NCBI GenBank assembly: GCA_963758635.1
Contig: CAVWWD010000011.1
Span: 134,510-198,509, forward strand
Source of the DNA: an uncultured Candidatus Rokubacteria bacterium
GTDB taxonomy: Bacteria; Methylomirabilota; Methylomirabilia; Rokubacteriales; CSP1-6
Direction: 5' to 3'
DNA length: 64,000 nucleotides
A program made the position numbers and the translations under genes. This document shows, piece by piece, positions 58,560-64,000 of this stretch (position 1 is its first letter; every line of letters begins with the position of its first letter). The notes below the pieces were generated by a model. It ran no database searches, was not told the DNA's origin, and worked only from the letters and a program-made list of their open reading frames with translations.

Positions 58560-59232
58560 GCGATCCTATCACCGGGCCGCCGGCGACCGCGGGGCCCGCG
58601 GCCGGGCGGGCTTGGACCGAGGAACCAAGCGCGATCGAGGCGGTCGGCGTCGATCCGGTGATAGACGAGGGCGTCGGGGACGTAGAGATGGCCCGCCCGC
58701 GCTGCTCGAGCCGCCAGCCCATCTCGATCTCCTCGCCCGTGCGCAGCGACCGACCGAGCCGGCCGAAGCGTGGCGAGAACGCGCCCGCCTCGTCGAACGC
58801 TCGCCGGCGGAACGCCATGTTCCCGCCTCGCGGGTACTCGTTGTAGGTCATCGGCTCGTCGCGGTCGCCGTGGTCGAAGGCCCCGAGGTAGGGATGGAGC
58901 GGCGGCGAGCACCACGAGGGCACGGCGGCCGTGAAGATCAGCTCGATGGGGCGGCCCCCCGACCAGAGTTGGAACGCTCGAACGCGCGATCGTATGCGGC
59001 CAGCCACCCCGCGTGCGGCCACGCGTCGTCCTCGGTGAACACGAGCACCTCGCCGAGCGCGGCCGCGATACCCGCGTTGCGGGCCACCGACGCGCCCAGA
59101 CGCGCCTCGCGCACGACCCGGATCGCCTGGCCGTCCTGCCGCCCGGCGCGGAAGCGGTCGAGGAATTCCGCCGTGCCGTCGGTCGACCCGTTGTCGACCA
59201 CGACCACCTCGAAGCCCTCGGGGCGGATACTC
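58560..59232 (-). pseudogene. family-2 glycosyltransferase, N-terminally truncated, several frameshifts
   Basis: ..IRPEGFEVVVVDNGSTDGTAEFL..VLVFTEDDAWP.. (ORF 58938..59207). ..YNEYPRGGNMAFRRRAFDEAG.. (ORF 57859..59319). ..LYVPDALVYHRIDADRL.. (ORF 58196..59392). The first ~35 codons are missing. Confidence 0.6.
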
Positions 59233-59239
59233 CTGCTTC

Positions 59240-59497
59240 ATCGGCGCCGAGGGGATGGCGTTGCAGCACGACCGCGACGTGCTCGTCGCCGACACGCCGG
59301 AGGGCCTGGCCTCCGCCATCGCCTCCGCCCACGAGGATCCGGTCTGCTGGGAGCGGCTGTCCGGGAAGGGCCAGGCCTGGGTGGCCGCCCATCTCTCTCC
59401 CGGGGTCGCAGCCGCGCAGATCCGGAGCGACCTCGCCTCCCTCGCCGCGGACGCGAACCGGCCGGACGGGGCGCGCTCGCGCTTGCTATCCTCTTGA
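59240..59497 (+). pseudogene. family-1 (GT4-like) glycosyltransferase, C-terminal fragment
   Basis: ..IGAEGMALQHDRDVLVADTPEGLASAIASAHEDPVCWERLSGKGQAWVAAHLSP... It abuts the truncated GT2 gene within <10 nt. Confidence 0.5.
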
Positions 59498-59576
59498 CGC
59501 CCGCAGTCAACGGAAAGCGCGGCGCTTCGCGGACATCGTGGTAACCCGGTGAGGGGATCGTCATGAACGGTGACGC

Positions 59577-60707
59577 ATGGACGGCATAGGCGCGCCGGGC
59601 TCCGCGAGTCCCGCGCGCCCGTCCTGGGACCTCACGCGGATCGTGCTCGGCGTGGCGGCGATCGGCGGCCTCGTCGGCGCGAGCTTCTGGGTGCTGCGTC
59701 CGTTCCTGCCCGCCGTCATCTGGGCCACCATGGTCGTCGTCGCCACCTGGCCCGCGCTCCAGGCGGTGCAAGCGCGGCTGTGGGGAAAGCGCCGGCTCGC
59801 CGTGCTCGTCATGACCGGGCTGATGCTGGCCGTCGTCGTGGCGCCGATCGTGATCGCGGTGGTCGCGGTGGTCGAGAACATCGACGCGATCGTCGCGTGG
59901 TCGAAGTCCATCACCACGCTCTCGGTGCCCGCGCCGCCCGACTGGGTCGGACGGGTGCCCGTTGTCGGGGAGCGCCTCACCACCGAGTGGCTGAGGATCG
60001 CCACGACGCGCCCCGAGGATCTGGCCCTGGCCGTCGCGCCGTATCTCCGGAACGTCGCGCGCTGGACGATCGGGCAGGCCGGCGGCCTCGCTCTGCTCGT
60101 CGTGCAGCTCCTGCTCACGGTCGTGATCTCCGCCATCCTCTACTCGCAGGGCGAGACGGTGGCGGGCGCGGTGCTGGCCTTCGCGCGGCGGCTGGCCGGC
60201 GACAACGGCGAGCGCGTCGCGATCCTCTCCGCCCAGGCCATCCGCGCCGTCGCGCTGGGCATCGTGGTGACGGCGCTGGTGCAGGCCATCATCGCCGGGA
60301 TCGGGCTGGCCGTCGCCGGCGTTCCGCACGCGGCCGTGCTCACCGCGGTCATGTTCCTGCTCGGCGTGGCGCAGATCGGCACGGTGCCCGTGCTCGCGTG
60401 CGGGGTGGTGTGGCTCTACTGGACGGACCAGACCGCCTGGGCCACCGTGCTCGTCGTCTGGGCCCTGATCACGGCCAGCCTCGACAACTTCCTTCGCCCG
60501 ATGCTCATCAGGCGGGGCGCCGACCTGCCGCTGCTCCTGATCTTCGCGGGCGTGGTCGGGGGCCTGCTCGCGTTCGGGATCATCGGCCTGTTCATCGGCC
60601 CGGTCGTGCTCGCCGTGACCTACACCCTGTTCCAGGCCTGGGTGGAGGACGACCCGACGCGGAAGGCCACCGCCGTGGCGAGCGCGGGCCGGCGGAGTGG
60701 GGAGTGA
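59577..60707 (+). CDS. AI-2E family transporter
   Basis: 376 aa, 8 predicted TM by eye, typical ..DNFLRPMLI.. block. Confidence 0.85.
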   Translation: MDGIGAPGSASPARPSWDLTRIVLGVAAIGGLVGASFWVLRPFLPAVIWATMVVVATWPALQAVQARLWGKRRLAVLVMTGLMLAVVVAPIVIAVVAVVENIDAIVAWSKSITTLSVPAPPDWVGRVPVVGERLTTEWLRIATTRPEDLALAVAPYLRNVARWTIGQAGGLALLVVQLLLTVVISAILYSQGETVAGAVLAFARRLAGDNGERVAILSAQAIRAVALGIVVTALVQAIIAGIGLAVAGVPHAAVLTAVMFLLGVAQIGTVPVLACGVVWLYWTDQTAWATVLVVWALITASLDNFLRPMLIRRGADLPLLLIFAGVVGGLLAFGIIGLFIGPVVLAVTYTLFQAWVEDDPTRKATAVASAGRRSGE

Positions 60708-60799
60708 CGGATCCCGCTGCGCCTGCGGGAGGGCCCCGCCCGGACCTTCGTCGAGGAGGCCAACGCCACCACCAGGCTCGCCTCGTAGAGGAGAACACG

Positions 60800-61942
60800 A
60801 TGACGACTCCGATCACCGCGCCGGTGGTGGACGCCGACGGGCACGTGCTCGAGCCCGCCGACACCTGGCTCACGTACATGGACCCCGCGTACCGTGACCG
60901 GGCGATCCGCATCGCCCGCGACGAGCGCGACTACGAGGTGCTCCTGATCGACGGCCAGCCGCTCAAGACGCTGCGGGGCGAGCTCGGCGCGCTCGGCGGC
61001 ATCGGCATGGACACCTCTCGCCTGCTCACGCGCGGGCAGATCACGTACGCGGAGGGCAGCCCGCCCGGCGGCTACGATCCCGTGGAGCGCCTGCGGGTGA
61101 TGGACGGCGAAGGCATCGACGCCGTGCTGCTCTATCCCACCATCGGCATCTGCTGGGAAGGGCACGTGACCGACGGCCGCCTCGCCACCGCGTACACCCG
61201 GGCCTACAACCGCTGGCTGACCGAGTTCTGTCGCGCCGACCCCCGCCGCCTCTACCCGGTGGCGCACATCTCGCTGCTGGATCCCGAGGGCGCCGTCGAG
61301 GAGACGATCCGGGCGCGGCGCGACGGCTGCGTGGGCATCTTCCTCTCCCCCGACCTCGCCGCGCGCGGCGGCCGGCACTTCGACGACCCCGCGTTCGCGC
61401 GGTTCTGGGAAACCGCGCAGGACCTCGAGATGCCGATCGCCTTCCACGTGATCGTGCGCGACCGCCAGTGGTTCCGGCAGTGGCTGCGCAAGGACCCGTC
61501 CGACGCGCTCTTCGGCATCGCGTTCCTCGCCATCGACGTCATGGCCGCGTTCACACAGATGATGGCCTCGGGCATGTTCGAGCGGTACCCGCGGCTCAAG
61601 TGCGCGGTGCTGGAGGCGGGCTCGAACTGGATCGCCGCCTGGCTCGACCGGCTCGACCACAAGTACCGCGTCATGGCCCACCAGACGCCGATCCGCATGG
61701 AGCCCAGCGCGTACTTCTATCGCCAGTGCCTGATCTCGGCCGATCCGGACGAGTCGGTGACGGCGCAGATGGTCGAGCACATCGGCGCGGACTACTTCAT
61801 CTGGGCCTCCCACTACCCGCACATCGACGCCTCGTTCGGCGTGGTGCGGGAGCTGCGGGAGCGGCTGGCGCCCCTGTCCGAGGAGGCCCGCCGCAAGGTG
61901 CTGGGGCAGAACGCGCTGCGGTTCTACGGCCTGACGCCCTGA
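60800..61942 (+). CDS. amidohydrolase-2 (ACMSD-like) family protein
   Basis: ATG 60800 after GAGGAG in ORF 59570..61942. VVDADGHVLEP.., ..FIWASHYPHID. Confidence 0.85.
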   Translation: MTTPITAPVVDADGHVLEPADTWLTYMDPAYRDRAIRIARDERDYEVLLIDGQPLKTLRGELGALGGIGMDTSRLLTRGQITYAEGSPPGGYDPVERLRVMDGEGIDAVLLYPTIGICWEGHVTDGRLATAYTRAYNRWLTEFCRADPRRLYPVAHISLLDPEGAVEETIRARRDGCVGIFLSPDLAARGGRHFDDPAFARFWETAQDLEMPIAFHVIVRDRQWFRQWLRKDPSDALFGIAFLAIDVMAAFTQMMASGMFERYPRLKCAVLEAGSNWIAAWLDRLDHKYRVMAHQTPIRMEPSAYFYRQCLISADPDESVTAQMVEHIGADYFIWASHYPHIDASFGVVRELRERLAPLSEEARRKVLGQNALRFYGLTP

Positions 61943-62039
61943 CGTCGCGGGCACCCCTCCCCGCAATCTGGAACCAGTGCGGCTAATTTTGACATCATTG
62001 TCCGCACATCATGCGGCGAATGCTTGCTCATGCGGAGAA

Positions 62040-62397
62040 TATTCATCCTCGAACGAACCCAGAAGGATGGGCTAGATGTCACGGCATGGATGGACTGGTT
62101 CCTCGGCTGTCTCGGACGTGCCATCGACGGCGCGGACACGACCCTGGGCGCCGTGCTGGTCAAGGCGCGGTTCTGGGACAGGGTCCGCGGGGTGCCTCTG
62201 AACGAGCGCCAGACCCTCGTCCTCAACCGTCTGCTCGACGGCTTCGACGGCAAGCTGACCACGTCGAAGTACGCGAGGCTGACGAAGAGCTCGCCGGACA
62301 CCGCGCTGCGCGACATCACGGCGCTGGTGGACCGCGGCATCCTCGTGCGCAGCCGGCCGGTGGCCGGAGCACGAGCTATGACCTCGCGCCGCGCTGA
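62040..62397 (+). pseudogene. Fic-family protein, C-terminal (wHTH) fragment with a frameshift
   Basis: ..LERTQKDGLDVTAWMDWFLGCLGRAIDGADTTLGAVLVKARFWDR..LNERQTLVLNRLLDGFDGKLTTSKYARLTKSSPDTALRDITALVDRGILV... The end ..GGRSTSYDLAPR* is in the frame of ORF 62011..62397. The Fic catalytic core is absent and the upstream sequence is AT-rich. Confidence 0.6.
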
Positions 62398-62412
62398 AGG
62401 AATCCCCTGCCG

Positions 62413-63311
62413 TCAGCCGGTCGCGTCCCTCGCCTGCTCCAGCCGCGCGCGGAGACGCTCCTCGGTGTCGTGCCGGATGTTCAGGAGCGCCGAGGCGAGG
62501 AGCCGGCCCGCCGCGGCCAGCGCGACCTCCGCCTCCGCCTTCTCGCGAGGGGCCAGCGCGGCGTGGCAGCGCGCGACGAGCGAGCCGACCGCCACCGGCG
62601 AGGCGCCGGTCAGCGCCACGCAGAACGTGGCGTCGTCGAGCCACCGGTGCTCGGCCTCGCCGGCCGGAGCGGTCTCGGGAAGGCTCTCCGGGTGCGGGCC
62701 CGCCGTGCCCACCCGCGCCGTTCCGCTCGTCGAACGGGTCGCGGAGAAAGACGGCGACCGACCAGTCGCCCTCGAGGTGCGGTATCAGCACGTCGAGCGC
62801 GGCCTGCACGAACTCCGCCTCGCCCTCGAAGGGCTGAGGAGCGAGCTGGCTCAGCTCGGAAAGCAGGATCACCTGCCCGTACGAGCGGCGGAGCCGCCGC
62901 GATAGCAACCGGAGCAGCTCCACGAAGAAGCCCACGGCGGTCGGCGCGTCCGACCGCAGCCGACCGGCCGAGGCTCTCGTGGTCCAGGACGAGGAGCGCG
63001 GCGTCCGTGTGCGCCACCGCGCGGGCCGCCCGCGGCACGCGATCGATGAGCGCCAGGTCGCCGAAGACGTCGCCGGGGGCCAGGCGCGCCAGCTCGACGC
63101 GTCCGCCCGTCTCCACGCGCTTGTCGATGTGGACCTCGCCCGCCGTGAGCAGGAAGAGCGCGTCGCCCGGGCTGCCTTCCTCGTACACGACCGCGCCCGC
63201 CGGAACCTCGCGGACGGCGAGCGCGGCGGCGAGCTGCGCGAGGCCCGCCTCCGGCAGGTGACGGAAGAGCTCGACCGCTCTGAGCTGGTCGACTCCCGGC
63301 CGCCCGTCCAC
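62413..63311 (-). CDS. cyclic-nucleotide-binding domain + GAF-like domain protein, 2 frame interruptions
   Basis: GTG 63311. cNMP domain (VYEEGSPGDALFLLTAGEV..LAPGDVFGDLALID..RAARAVA) in ORF 62610..63995. Continues in ORF 62072..62935 (shift ~62937) and ORF 62413..62712 (shift ~62715). Confidence 0.7.
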
Positions 63312-63334
63312 GTGAGCGCCCTTCCCGCCGCCCG

Positions 63335-64000
63335 TCAGCGAGCGCCCACGGGCGCGCCGGCGGGCAGCCCCGCGAGCTTCCGCACGACCCCGGGGTCGTG
63401 GGCCTTGGAGAGCCCCACCTCGGCGTCGACCAGGCCGGACTTGATGGCGGCGGCCAGCGACTTGTCCATCGAGATCATGCCGTGCTGGGCGCCCGTCTCG
63501 ATGGCGCTGTAGATCATGAAGGGTTTCCCCTCGCGGATCATGTTCGCGATGGCTGGCGTCACCACCATCATCTCCCGCACCGCGACCCGTCCCTTGCCGT
63601 CCTTGCGCGGCAGCAGGATCTGCGTGATGACGGCGCGGAGCGAGCTGGCCACCTGCACGCGGATCTGCGCCTGCTGGTGCACCGGGAACACGTCGAGGAT
63701 GCGCGCCACGGTGGAGGGCGCGTCCTGCGTGTGGAGCGTGCCGAAGCAGAGATGCCCGGTCTCGGCGGCGGTCACGGCGAGGCCGATCGTCTCGTAGTCG
63801 CGCATCTCGCCGACCAGGATGATGTCGGGGTCCTCGCGGAGCGCGGCCCTCAGCGCGTTGGTGAACGACCGCGTGTTCTGCCCCACCTCGCGCTGGCGCA
63901 CCACGCAACGCTTCGGCTGGTACACGAACTCGATCGGATCCTCGATGGTGAGGATGTGCTCGGCGCGCGTCTGGTTCGCGCGGTCGATCAGGCACGCCAG
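63335..64000 (-). CDS. pilT: type IV pilus retraction ATPase PilT (N-terminus beyond window end)
   Basis: ..ILTIEDPIEFVYQPKRCVV.QREVG..SF..ALRAALREDPDIILVGEMRDYETI..AAETGHLCFGTLHT... The frame is open to nt 64000. Confidence 0.9.
   Translation of the reverse strand: MACLIDRANQTRAEHILTIEDPIEFVYQPKRCVVRQREVGQNTRSFTNALRAALREDPDIILVGEMRDYETIGLAVTAAETGHLCFGTLHTQDAPSTVARILDVFPVHQQAQIRVQVASSLRAVITQILLPRKDGKGRVAVREMMVVTPAIANMIREGKPFMIYSAIETGAQHGMISMDKSLAAAIKSGLVDAEVGLSKAHDPGVVRKLAGLPAGAPVGAR

Overview
High-GC bacterial chromosomal segment (about 68-70% G+C by eye; no tRNA, rRNA or CRISPR array seen), probably draft or metagenome quality. I cannot assign a taxon from sequence alone. The backbone is ordinary catabolic and transport genes: DUF35 + thiolase, HpcH aldolase, a 2Fe-2S + molybdopterin aldehyde-oxidase-type dehydrogenase, two family-5 and one family-1 ABC binding proteins with permeases, a class-III aminotransferase, a LigB-type dioxygenase, an aldo-keto reductase, an acyl-CoA dehydrogenase (ACAD), a GMC oxidoreductase + multihaem cytochrome c, a GH51 arabinofuranosidase, an amidase, an M48 peptidase, an amidohydrolase and PilT. 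Several accessory or mosaic blocks sit inside this backbone. (1) 2884-6221: a translationally coupled five-gene toxin-like cassette (HEFGH metallopeptidase, lipoprotein, DUF4123 chaperone-like protein, two unknowns) inside a catabolic operon. (2) 18.4-34.8 kb: the 3' part of the ACAD gene occurs three times (full gene, 5'-truncated copy, internally deleted mini-copy). The copies bracket a ~12 kb and a ~2.6 kb accessory segment carrying a wHTH-AAA-TPR regulator, a secreted protein, an S9 hydrolase, a Ser/Thr kinase + OmpA lipoprotein, an AI-2E transporter and many gene stubs. (3) 34855-37954: a ComEC-type MBL hydrolase + patatin-like lipoprotein operon. (4) 38.1-41.1 kb: an AT-richer islet with a small ORF + TIR-HEAT-repeat protein, flanked by an rpe 5' stub and an IS91-family transposase remnant. 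(5) 56.6-59.5 kb: abutting gene fragments next to a VapBC pair. At least 20 genes are broken by single-nucleotide frameshifts, and one cytochrome carries an in-frame TAG. This looks more like indel-prone sequence than biology, but it needs read-level checking. Non-coding repeats include a ~123-bp hairpin-ended MITE/REP-like element (two full copies + one half), a 3 x 56-bp tandem array in a divergent promoter region, a 2 x 32-bp tandem repeat at an island junction and a pair of 8-4-8 palindromes. All family calls rest on motif recognition by eye; no database search was run.
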